NCBI GenBank assembly: GCA_050287085.1
Contig: JBNKBE010000001.1
Coordinates: 418,493 to 482,492 of the forward strand
Source of the DNA: Polyangiaceae bacterium
Lineage (GTDB): Bacteria > Myxococcota_A > Polyangia > Polyangiales > Polyangiaceae
DNA length: 64,000 bases
Direction: 5' to 3'
In this document: positions 18,646 to 27,362 of the stretch, one piece after another
Layout: each line of letters starts with the position of its first letter
Position numbering within the stretch: position 1 is the stretch's first letter
The notes under the pieces: model-generated
What the model saw: the letters and a program-made list of their open reading frames with translations, nothing else
What the model was told of the DNA's origin: nothing
The model's database searches: none
Position numbers and translations under genes: made by a program

Positions 18646-19485
18646 ATGAGGACGCCCCCCCAAAGGACAGCCGCACGGCTGTCGAGCTCATGGCTTCGAG
18701 CGCTGGCAGGCGCTGCCCTTGTGCTGCTTGCCCCCGTTGCATGCGTGTCGGTTGCCACTTTTATCGTGCAGCAATACGACGGCGAAGAGCGGCCTTCCGA
18801 TTCGCTTTCCATCCTGCGACTCAATCCGAGCGATCCCGTCATTCTGGTGGCACTCGACGGCGAAAGGCTCAACTTTGCCGTGACCGAACCCGACACCCGG
18901 GTCCATATCGAGATGCTACCGGGCGAGCATGTCCTGGACGTTGGTCACGTAAACGATCCTATTGGCGTACAACAAGTGCGGTTCTTGGGAGAAGCCGGCG
19001 CGACCTACCGCGTGCTCGTAGGCATGAGCCCGCGTGACGCAAGCGCCGCCGCGCAGGGTCGATGGCAGGCCCAGGTGGTCCTGGTCGACGCCGAAAGCGA
19101 CCGTGTGCTGGCTCCGGCACGGGCACCAGAGCCTCCCCCGATACCCGACCCCACTGCCCCTGGCCCCTTGCACGCTGCCCCTGCGCCCTCCGGCAGCGCC
19201 CCACTGACGACGCCCCTCTCGTCAGCATCGGCGATCCCTCCCACTATCCCGGCTCCGATCGCCACGGCACCGACGGTCCCGGCTCCCAGTGTCGCAGCAG
19301 TTCCCACTGGGACGGCTCCCGCCGTCCCAGCTCCCCCCGTCCCAGCTCCGGCGCCGGCAGGACCGCCATCTCCGATCGGCGGTGCCACCGAGCCCTTACC
19401 ACCCAGCGCCAGCCCCGCTCCCACCGGGACGGCAGGCGTTCCTCCAGCGCCGCCGACGGCTCCTATGGGCAGCGCCGCACAGTAA
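18646..19485 (+). CDS. hypothetical lipoprotein with Pro/Ala-rich tail
   Basis: Lipobox LLAPVAC, ~120-aa beta-rich domain, long Pro/Ala/Thr C-terminus. Confidence 0.75.
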   Translation: MRTPPQRTAARLSSSWLRALAGAALVLLAPVACVSVATFIVQQYDGEERPSDSLSILRLNPSDPVILVALDGERLNFAVTEPDTRVHIEMLPGEHVLDVGHVNDPIGVQQVRFLGEAGATYRVLVGMSPRDASAAAQGRWQAQVVLVDAESDRVLAPARAPEPPPIPDPTAPGPLHAAPAPSGSAPLTTPLSSASAIPPTIPAPIATAPTVPAPSVAAVPTGTAPAVPAPPVPAPAPAGPPSPIGGATEPLPPSASPAPTGTAGVPPAPPTAPMGSAAQ

Positions 19486-19509
19486 ATGAGATACTAGACC
19501 GGCCAACTG

Positions 19510-19842
19510 TTAGATGGCGCGTAGCTCCAGCGTGTTGCCATCGGGATCGCGAACAACCGCATAGAGCAGCTTTGGGGAGCCCAGTGTGCGTACCAAGGTG
19601 CCGCCCGCCCTCGTGAGCGAGTCGACCACACCCACTAGACCGCTCAACCGTAAGCCAAGGCGCATCAAACCCGCCTTGCCGTGACTTGGGCAGATCTCGA
19701 ACTGAATGCCGTCGAGCTGTCCGCGATAGCCTTCAGTGGGGGCAGGCTCGAAGTGAATCCCCAACGCTTCGTAGAATCGGCGCGACCGCTCCAGATCCGC
19801 GGCGCGCAGCACGACCAATTCCAAACGCAACATCCGCATCAT
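19510..19842 (-). CDS. VOC / glyoxalase family protein
   Basis: LVVLRAADLERSRRFYEALG ... VVRDPDGNTLEL. Confidence 0.88.
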   Translation of the reverse strand: MMRMLRLELVVLRAADLERSRRFYEALGIHFEPAPTEGYRGQLDGIQFEICPSHGKAGLMRLGLRLSGLVGVVDSLTRAGGTLVRTLGSPKLLYAVVRDPDGNTLELRAI

Positions 19843-20147
19843 ATACGGTCGTTGCAGAGCTTCGATTAAGGTGGCTCGTTGCCATCCGACAGGTGCCTGA
19901 TGTTGCCGCACCGAGAAAGTTGGCCCGTGCGCCCTGGACCCGATGCAATAGTTGTGTGCTCACGCTCGTACTCTTGCTCATTGTCGGCGGTTGGACAGCG
20001 TCTCAGTGGACCAAGCCTGGCGTCTTGGGCAGCCGCGTATCTCGCCACTAGGCAAGCGGAACGCCAAGCCGCCTCCCATTGAGCGCTGAGACCGCTCCGG
20101 CCTCTCGGAGTGTCCCTGTCAGCAGATTTGTGGTGCACCGAAGCGAC

Positions 20148-21131
20148 TCACTCTGCCGCGGTGGGAACGGCGCGGGCGTGCTCAGGCCTTGCTGCCGTAA
20201 ACGTGTCGTAGCCGTCTCGTCCCATGTACATCTGCAGCAAGCGTCGTTGGGTTTGGTCGAGCTCGACCACCACAAGCCCGTCCATCGCGTCCTGAAAGCC
20301 TGGATCGATACTGAAGGAAAGGAACTTGCCTCCGAGTCGAACGTACTCGCGCACCAACACCGGCAGCCCCTTGTCGTCAGATTCGAACTCTGAGACGCGC
20401 TTGGACAACGCGGCGACGTCCATGACCGACACAACGGCAGCCGCGTCGACCGGACGACGCGCCCGCACATAGCTGGACAGCTTGTGACGAAAGCTGCCCG
20501 AGTGCAGCACTGATGCGATCAACTGCCGCGATGCATCTGAGTACTGCGCCGATACGCTGACCGGACCAAGAAGTGCTCGATAGCGAGGCCTTCTAGCCAG
20601 CAACTGACCAATACCACGCCACAATACGGCCAAGCCCCCACCGGCACCTTGATATTGGGGACAGACGAATGAACGCCCCAACTCGACCACTGGTGGCAAC
20701 CGGTCGAGGAGATCCGGCTCATAGTGAAAGAGCTCACGCGTGTACAAGGCGTCGGAACCCTGCTGGCGCAAGGCCACATCGGTCATGCATAGCCGGTAGG
20801 CACCAGCGATACGCCGCAGCTGATTGTCCCAAGCAAAGAGGTGCATGTACCACTCGTCGTAGCGGTCCAAGTCCCGTGCCGCTCCACTTCCCTCACCGAC
20901 CGAACGAAAGCACACCTCACGCAGACGCCCAATCTCCAACAGCACCCTAGGCACTCGCGACTGGGACGCAACGTACACGCTATAACGCCCCGTCGACACC
21001 AGTTGCTGATTGCGAGAAAGAGAGGCGATTTCGCGTTCGAGCGCGGCCGCCGGCTCCGGCGGCGCTATTTCGGCCAAGCGGCGGCAGCTGCGCAAACCAT
21101 TGTCAGACAGACCCGTATCGGTGACTAGCAT
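20148..21131 (-). CDS. GNAT (Acetyltransf_5-type) N-acyltransferase, OlsB/OlsF C-terminal-domain-like
   Basis: EIGRLREVCFRSVGEG..RDLDRYD, GAYRL, VELGRSFV, LWRGIG, LLGPVSVS, PVLVREYVRLGG; SD before ATG 21131. Confidence 0.85.
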   Translation of the reverse strand: MLVTDTGLSDNGLRSCRRLAEIAPPEPAAALEREIASLSRNQQLVSTGRYSVYVASQSRVPRVLLEIGRLREVCFRSVGEGSGAARDLDRYDEWYMHLFAWDNQLRRIAGAYRLCMTDVALRQQGSDALYTRELFHYEPDLLDRLPPVVELGRSFVCPQYQGAGGGLAVLWRGIGQLLARRPRYRALLGPVSVSAQYSDASRQLIASVLHSGSFRHKLSSYVRARRPVDAAAVVSVMDVAALSKRVSEFESDDKGLPVLVREYVRLGGKFLSFSIDPGFQDAMDGLVVVELDQTQRRLLQMYMGRDGYDTFTAARPEHARAVPTAAE

Positions 21132-21337
21132 CTTCCTGTGCTCCTTGCTGAACGAGCCAGAAAGTGCTGAGCTGAGATGACGCCTGCATGACAACCGAGC
21201 GCAGCTCTCGTGACGTCACACAACCTTTGAACGGACTACAGAAACGACGCTAGCGCGACAAGGCTCCGTCACAGTCGCTCGCAGGCCGTCGTTCCAGGGG
21301 GTGGCGGCCGGAAATGACAACGGGTCCAGAGGTCTTG

Positions 21338-21391
21338 GCCTCAGACCTCGGCTCTATGCACAATTGCCTCAGACCTCGGCTCTATGCACAA
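21338..21391. repeat. 26-bp direct repeat (period 28) duplicating the 3' end of the oxidoreductase gene
   Basis: GCCTCAGACCTCGGCTCTATGCACAA at 21338-21363 and 21366-21391. Confidence 0.92.
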
Positions 21392-22352
21392 AGGGGTCGG
21401 CAAGAATATCCTGGAGCGAAGCCCCTGCGAGAAAGAGCTGCTTCTTGAGGGCTCGCACCAGGTCCGCATTCCCACACAGATACGTAGTCTGTTCAGCCAA
21501 AGCCGACTTGTTCTCCAGCAAGAGCTCTTCGAGCGGCCGTCGGTCGACCATCAAGGGCGGGGCAACGGCGAAATCCATGCCGTCGGCGCCCGCGAGACTC
21601 AGGGTAATGCGCAGCGTCGGATGCTGCAGCGCGAGCGCCAACAGCTCGTCCATGAGATAAAACGCATCGGGACTCCGCCCTCCCCACACCAATTCGATGG
21701 GGGCGCGATGCTGAGCCGCTAAGGCTGCTCGTACGACCCCTAGCAAAGGCGCGAGCCCCGTACCCGTGCCGGCAAGAACCAGGCGCCGCTCGGGAGCCCC
21801 CGGGAGATAGGTACACTCCCCAAAGGGTCCTCGAATTTCCACTTCAGCCCCCGCCGCATCGGCAAGCCAACCGCTCATGGCCCCTCCCGGCAGCCGAGCC
21901 ACGTGAAGCTCCAACCGCTCCCCACCCGGTAGGGAAGCCAGCGAATACGGGCGCATCAAGCCGTCTGCTGTGCGCACAAGCTGAACGAATTGTCCCGCCT
22001 CGTATTCGAATCCACTGGGACGCTCGAGGAAGACCCGCAAAACTCGAGGGGACAGGAAGTCCACCGATTGCACCCGCGTGTGATGGGGCTTTGCGACGTC
22101 CGTCCTGCTTAACGATAGATCACCCGTGGGTTTACACACGCAGGCCAGGAACAGCCCACGCTGCCGCCAAGCAGGCTTCAGACCCGCCTGCGCGGCAGCG
22201 GGAACATTGCCTGCCGTTGCCCGCATGAGACACGTTTGACAGTTGCCGCTGCGACAGAAGGATGGAATCTCGTGGCCCGCCCGTTCGAGACACTCAAGAA
22301 CCGTCTCACCGGCGCGGAGTTCGTACTCTCTGTCCTCGAAGACAATCGTCAT
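21369..22352 (-). CDS. 2Fe-2S ferredoxin / FAD / NAD(P)-binding oxidoreductase
   Basis: CRSGNCQTC...LAC, RPYS, GGAMS, GTGTGLAP, YLCG motifs. Confidence 0.92.
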   Translation of the reverse strand: MTIVFEDREYELRAGETVLECLERAGHEIPSFCRSGNCQTCLMRATAGNVPAAAQAGLKPAWRQRGLFLACVCKPTGDLSLSRTDVAKPHHTRVQSVDFLSPRVLRVFLERPSGFEYEAGQFVQLVRTADGLMRPYSLASLPGGERLELHVARLPGGAMSGWLADAAGAEVEIRGPFGECTYLPGAPERRLVLAGTGTGLAPLLGVVRAALAAQHRAPIELVWGGRSPDAFYLMDELLALALQHPTLRITLSLAGADGMDFAVAPPLMVDRRPLEELLLENKSALAEQTTYLCGNADLVRALKKQLFLAGASLQDILADPFVHRAEV

Positions 22353-22519
22353 CTAGCGTTCCTTCTCGGGCTCGCCCCCAACACACCATGGCTCCCACGC
22401 GTGCGTACGGGGCCCGACCCTATCGGGAATGATGTGACCGACCGGCGCGGCCCGCACGCGCGCAGAGCCCCGGCAGCGGGAGACTCCTTGCGCTGCGACG
22501 CGGCGGGCCATGGCTCAAG

Positions 22520-22885
22520 CTACTGATTCAGTACGTCACCCTTGACGCTCATGGCAATGGCTGCGGCCTCACCAATGAGCTCGTCGGGCACGCCAAGCTC
22601 CTTGAGTGCAGCACCGAGGTTTTCGAGCACTGCGTTGAAGTCGCCTTCGCTGAGGTTGAGCTTCGCGTGGGCCGCCCGCATGTCCAGCCCCGAGTAGCTG
22701 TTGGGCCCACCAAACGCGAAAGTGAGAAACGCCTTCTGCTTGGCGCGCTGTCGGTCCATGTCGACGGTATCGAAATAGTGGCTGATACGATCGTCGGTGA
22801 GGACCTTCCGATAGAATACCTCTACCGCCGCGTTCACGGCGGCCTCGCCCCCAATGCGCTCGAACAACGAAGAACTGTCGGTCAT
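22520..22885 (-). CDS. glbN: group I truncated haemoglobin (2/2 globin)
   Basis: LFERIGGEAAV, FY (B10 Tyr), QRAKQKAFL, FGGP..YSG, proximal His in MRAAH; SD AGGAAAGGA. Confidence 0.92.
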   Translation of the reverse strand: MTDSSSLFERIGGEAAVNAAVEVFYRKVLTDDRISHYFDTVDMDRQRAKQKAFLTFAFGGPNSYSGLDMRAAHAKLNLSEGDFNAVLENLGAALKELGVPDELIGEAAAIAMSVKGDVLNQ

Positions 22886-23033
22886 GTCGGATCCTTTCCT
22901 GGGTTCGTTTCGGCTACGCGATCACCTCCGCGAGCGGCGGCATCGACAACTCACGTAGTCTGTGCCAATTCCAGTATTTGATCTACTGCTTTAAGAGCCC
23001 TGCGTCGCGTTGTCGCAAATGGACTCGGCCGCA

Positions 23034-23060
23034 CGGACGTTCGCGCATCGGGAACGTCCG
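23034..23060. terminator. stem-loop downstream of the Pro/Gln lipoprotein gene
   Basis: CGGACGTTC-N9-GAACGTCCG inverted repeat; no U-tract. Confidence 0.4.
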
Positions 23061-23115
23061 CTACGTCGAATTGATACGGGCTATCCATCCTCCCGCAATA
23101 TTAGCGGCAGGGCCC

Positions 23116-23598
23116 TCATAGACCCGGTGGACATTGAATGGTGATGGGCTGCGGTGGCGGTTGCCCTGGCAGCGCTGGCGGTGTCCCAGTACAGGTTCCA
23201 TCTGCGTTCTTGACCACTCCCGGGATGACCGTTGGCGTTGCACTTCCCGCAGGCGCCGGCTGCGGCTGTGCGGTTGGTGGAAGCGGCGCTTGCGGCATCG
23301 GCTGAACGGGTGGGGCGGGTTGGGCCGGCGCCGGAGCTGGCTGAGCTGGGTAGGGCTGCTGCGGCGGATAGGGTTGTGACGGAGGCGGCTGCTGTCCCGC
23401 CGGCGCCGGATACTGCTGATAGCCGGGCTGCGCTGGATAGGGTTGCTGCGGTGGATAGGGTTGCTGTCCTGGATAGGGCTGCTGCTGAGGCGGCTGAGCT
23501 CCCGGCGGATATTGAGCTGGAGGTTCCTCCTTTGAGCAAGCAGCAATGCAAGCTGCGGTCAAGACGGCAGAAAGGACGGCACTTGGAAGCAACTTCAT
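23116..23598 (-). CDS. small Pro/Gln/Tyr-rich lipoprotein
   Basis: MKLLPSAVLSAVLTAACIAAC lipobox, QQPYP repeats, C-terminal Cys pair. Confidence 0.75.
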   Translation of the reverse strand: MKLLPSAVLSAVLTAACIAACSKEEPPAQYPPGAQPPQQQPYPGQQPYPPQQPYPAQPGYQQYPAPAGQQPPPSQPYPPQQPYPAQPAPAPAQPAPPVQPMPQAPLPPTAQPQPAPAGSATPTVIPGVVKNADGTCTGTPPALPGQPPPQPITIQCPPGL

Positions 23599-23717
23599 GC
23601 GCCGAGTACAGCACGCAGATCCCGCGGTGTCGAGGCTCAATCCTTCGCGAAAGGCCTTGCCGGCGAGGACGATCACGCGGGGGCGCCCGGCTTGCTGCCG
23701 CTAGCTATCGACAACAG

Positions 23718-24308
23718 TCAGTGCCGCCGCGTCGTTCGGGCAATACTCCAGCACATCCACCCCCCTGCCAGGCAAGAGACAGCCACAGAGCTGAACCCTA
23801 GCGCGCGCGCCAAAGCTCCCAAGGTATCGTCCCAGTCGAGGATCCCCGCGCTTCCCAGGAGAAACGTCCAATCGTGCACGGGCTCCGACCCCAGGCTGAC
23901 CAGCGGCAGCGCCTGACGGGTCGCGTCCGCCATGTAGCGGCCGCTCTCAATACAAGAAAGGCCAAACCACACCATGCACACAGATGCCCCGAAGTAGTCG
24001 CGCTGCCGAGCGAGCAGATGCCACGCCGCCACGAGGGGCGCACACCACTGCACCAGCGAGCCACCCGCAATCGACCACCATTGTCCGAACCAAGAAAAAA
24101 GGATGTGTCCCAGCTCGTGTAGACCGAGCGTGATACCCGAGAAGAAGTGACGGTAGGCGCCGTCAACGCCTAGCCGAATCCCAGCATAGCTGGAGTAAAG
24201 CACCACTGCGGCCCGGAGCCGCCAGCCAGTGCGCGTTGCGCACCAGTCGTTGACCGCGTCGAACGAGAGCAGCAAGCGCTCTCTCATGCCTTCTACGATA
24301 TCTCTCAT
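23718..24308 (-). CDS. integral membrane protein with HExGH motif (M50-like)
   Basis: Several TM helices; LHELGH..F...G....IAGGS; HDW motif. Confidence 0.75.
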   Translation of the reverse strand: MRDIVEGMRERLLLSFDAVNDWCATRTGWRLRAAVVLYSSYAGIRLGVDGAYRHFFSGITLGLHELGHILFSWFGQWWSIAGGSLVQWCAPLVAAWHLLARQRDYFGASVCMVWFGLSCIESGRYMADATRQALPLVSLGSEPVHDWTFLLGSAGILDWDDTLGALARALGFSSVAVSCLAGGWMCWSIARTTRRH

Positions 24309-24342
24309 CCAGCCTCGTGCGCAGCGCCTCTCTCGTGCGGAG

Positions 24343-26265
24343 TCAGAGCGCAACTCCCGCGTCGCCTTCGCTCGGCTCGGGACAAGGCGTACTCGAGTAG
24401 TCAGGGTGATCGCTTGGCAGCTCACAGGGATGGCGCCGCACAACACGTGTGCGTGCCTTGTAGATCACCTGCCGCGCCTGGCGCGTGGTCGTTCCATCCG
24501 GATAGGTCAACTGCCGGGCCACATCCACTGTGAAACCACGGTCCCCTGCTTCCGCAACGACTTCGTCCCCCGGCTCAACATCGACGTCGGCCTCGTACTC
24601 GACGGGCATGTCAACAAAGTCGTGGCGCGCTGATACCTCGCGCTTCACAACGCGCCCTCCATTGTCGCCGTATAGAATCACCTTGATATAGGTGGGACCA
24701 AATTGAGTCTTGATCAACAAACCCGCCGCTGTGTCGTTCCTAAAGATGAAGTCCGGTTTGGGAAATGACACCGTCGCTTCGTGACCCAGAGGATATCGGG
24801 TGAAGTAGTAGCTGTGGGGCTGGCGTTCGATAATCTCATAGCCACCGTCAAAGACAGCGTTGTAGATCGTCGTCGCGAACTGACTGATACCACCACCTAC
24901 GGTATCTTGGATTTCCCCCCGTACAATCGTGGGAGCGGGAACAAATCCTGTACCCGAGCGCCGTTCACCGATCGCGTCGTTCAGAGAAAACGTCTCACCG
25001 GGAAGCACGATTGTGCCGTCTATGAGCTCTGCTATCCGATGGATGTTCTTGACGCGAGGACGGCAACAGGGATGGTAGGTAACGAACTCTGCCACCTTGC
25101 CCGCGAGTCCCAATCCGCTGGCCACATCCGTGGTGATGCGCGGCTCCTCTCCTGGACGGATCGCGAGCTCTGCTCGACGTTCATCAGCATTCGCCGCAGC
25201 CCACACCGAAGCTAGGAAGTCCTCCGTGGCTATTGTCGTTCCGCGCAGATGCGGCACAACCTCAAAGCGGTTTCCTCGATGAACTTGTACGAGCGCTGAC
25301 TTCGGTGCGCGCGTCCAACGCCGCTTTGCCTCGTCCAGCACAACATGCAAGGCGTCCGGTTCAAAGAATAGGCGCAACTCACCCGGATGCTCCCGATCGG
25401 GCGCAGAGCGCAAGCCAGCTGCCAATACGCTCTTGTCAACGACAAGCTCGGCAAGTTCGGGAGCCGCGGCGCGCTCGGCCGTTGACGACACCTCGCCCAA
25501 GACACGCGGAGTCAGACGCAGTGGCCCCTGGAGGAGTTTCTCCGCGCGCTGCTTGGCTCTCGCAACCCCAGCGTCGTGAGTCTGCGGCGAAATGCTGTCG
25601 AGTTCGAGCACGACGACGCCGTTCGGCCTGGCCAAAGCGGATTGCAGGGCATCGAACGCGCTCGAACGCCTGATTGCCAGCCCGGCACGCGGCGACTCAG
25701 CCTTTGCCCGCCCTCCGACAACACGCACCTGGCCCTCTAGCGGCAACTGAAGCGCCTCCTGTTCCATGGCGGCAAGCTCCGTCTCCACGCGCGCTTCGTC
25801 CAAGGTCACAACATTGGGGATATCGACGCGAGCCCCGAGGCCCACCGCCGCTCCCAGACGAGCATAAGAGCCATGCCCCTGCCCCACCGCAAGTGCCGCA
25901 TCGAGCATGTCTTCCGTGACTAGAACAGCCCCCAAATCAACGAGCGGAAGCGCGAAATCCTGGTCTCCAACCCGCAAGCGGAGCACTTGTTGTGCCAGCT
26001 GCAGAGCCTCCGCATTCAGGTGTTGAAGCAGACGCTGGCGCGTCCAACCGCCTACTTCGACGCCCCCAATAGCGACGCCGGGCGCTACTCGATCCCCGAC
26101 GGCCAGGCTCTGGCCCGCGATCAATCCAGCACACGTCGTGAGCACACAGGCGCTCAACGTGAGACCTATCTGGACTCCGGACCAGGGGCCTCGCAAACGC
26201 CGCCAATAGCCTATGCCGAATAACGCAGGCAGGTGCCAACTCTCAAGGCTCCGAGGCTTTGTCAT
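24343..26265 (-). CDS. VanW family protein (PG-binding + VanW + G5-like)
   Basis: N-terminal TM; RVKNIHRIAELIDG..VLPGETFSLN, GGGISQFATTIYNA, ERQPHS, DFIFRNDT. Confidence 0.9.
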   Translation of the reverse strand: MTKPRSLESWHLPALFGIGYWRRLRGPWSGVQIGLTLSACVLTTCAGLIAGQSLAVGDRVAPGVAIGGVEVGGWTRQRLLQHLNAEALQLAQQVLRLRVGDQDFALPLVDLGAVLVTEDMLDAALAVGQGHGSYARLGAAVGLGARVDIPNVVTLDEARVETELAAMEQEALQLPLEGQVRVVGGRAKAESPRAGLAIRRSSAFDALQSALARPNGVVVLELDSISPQTHDAGVARAKQRAEKLLQGPLRLTPRVLGEVSSTAERAAAPELAELVVDKSVLAAGLRSAPDREHPGELRLFFEPDALHVVLDEAKRRWTRAPKSALVQVHRGNRFEVVPHLRGTTIATEDFLASVWAAANADERRAELAIRPGEEPRITTDVASGLGLAGKVAEFVTYHPCCRPRVKNIHRIAELIDGTIVLPGETFSLNDAIGERRSGTGFVPAPTIVRGEIQDTVGGGISQFATTIYNAVFDGGYEIIERQPHSYYFTRYPLGHEATVSFPKPDFIFRNDTAAGLLIKTQFGPTYIKVILYGDNGGRVVKREVSARHDFVDMPVEYEADVDVEPGDEVVAEAGDRGFTVDVARQLTYPDGTTTRQARQVIYKARTRVVRRHPCELPSDHPDYSSTPCPEPSEGDAGVAL

Positions 26266-27301
26266 CGCCCAAGAGCGTTGCCATAATTTGGCGCAGGCAG
26301 TCTAGCAATGCCTGCGTATCCGCCTCGGGATCGCGCCCCCCCACTTCAGCAGTCCAACGCACCAGAACGGATGAATACGGCACCTCCCCAAGCGGGAGAT
26401 CCACTCCGGGTCCGAGCTCTGCAATGACATGGTAGCCCTCGAGCGTCGAACGCACGAGATCAACCCGCTGAGGAAGCAGATAGCCGAGATCGAGCCCGTG
26501 CTGTTGACCCAGCGTAAAGAGCATCGGGTCGGTCTTATGTGCCGGCGCTGGCGCTCCGAACCCAAAACTCACCCGAGGGAACTCTCGCTCGGCAATCGAC
26601 GCCAAGAGCGGAGCGTAGAGCGCACTATCTCGATCGAGAAAGAGCACACGATATTGCTTCGGTGCCTTCCGCGCCCCGGTTGTTTGAAAGAGCGTCTCCT
26701 CACACAGATTCTTGGCCTGATCCGAAACGCGCTGAAGACGGTGCAAGACCATTCCCAGCGCGAACGCGTCACCCGCGTCGCACTCAGCGGCCGTGCGCAA
26801 GAGCTCGTCGATCAGCGCCGGATAGTCGCGTTCGGAGCGCTTGGCCTTCAGCTTGGTGCGCCGCGCCAACTCCGCGTCCATGCCCGCCAGCGCGTCCAGC
26901 GCCGCGAAAAGAATCTCGCTTGAAGACCGTTCCAGTCGACGATACTCCGCAACCAGCACGGGCGGGACGGCCCCCCGAGAACGAACAGCCGAGCGCGCAA
27001 TGCTGGCCGCATAGTCCCCAATCCGCTCCAAGGCAACGCAGCTTCGAGACGCCGCGATCGCAAACGTGGCGGCAGGCCCCCCCTCGGCACGGAGCCAGCG
27101 CTCCACCGTCGTCTCAAGGGCACGCAACTCGCGATTGATGGCCCGGTCGCCGAGCGCGATCCGAAACGCTGCATCTGCGTCGCGCGACAAGAACGCCTCC
27201 ACCGCAGCGTGTACCGCTGCCCCGACGTCCCGGCCCACGTGGACGAGCCGCGAGCGAATTTCTTCTGCCCCAATGCTAGGCACATCGGCTGCGGAGACCA
27301 T
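26243..27301 (-). CDS. PhoU-domain protein fused to a degenerate LMW-PTP/ArsC-like domain
   Basis: Two PhoU repeats (GDRAIN, LERIGDYA; LQRVSDQAKNLCEE); C-terminal YRVLFLDRDSALYAPL without CX5R. Confidence 0.8.
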   Translation of the reverse strand: MVSAADVPSIGAEEIRSRLVHVGRDVGAAVHAAVEAFLSRDADAAFRIALGDRAINRELRALETTVERWLRAEGGPAATFAIAASRSCVALERIGDYAASIARSAVRSRGAVPPVLVAEYRRLERSSSEILFAALDALAGMDAELARRTKLKAKRSERDYPALIDELLRTAAECDAGDAFALGMVLHRLQRVSDQAKNLCEETLFQTTGARKAPKQYRVLFLDRDSALYAPLLASIAEREFPRVSFGFGAPAPAHKTDPMLFTLGQQHGLDLGYLLPQRVDLVRSTLEGYHVIAELGPGVDLPLGEVPYSSVLVRWTAEVGGRDPEADTQALLDCLRQIMATLLGDDKASEP

Positions 27302-27362
27302 TGCGTTCAGAGTAAGCGTTCCCAAAGGCCTTCGGCCAGGAAAAACTCATTCTGTGCGCTCG

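Noticed and set aside
19912..20147. Small membrane peptide (VLTLVLLLIVGGW...) between the VOC and GNAT genes
   Set aside because: No convincing SD or start; the parent ORF overlaps the VOC gene antisense.
21338..21391. Direct repeat as attL/attR of an integrated element
   Set aside because: Copies are adjacent, with no intervening cargo, integrase or tRNA.
22954..22995. FNR box or sigma54 promoter upstream of glbN
   Set aside because: TTGATCTACTGCTT has only one FNR half-site, and TGGCACAGACTACGT lacks the -12 GC.
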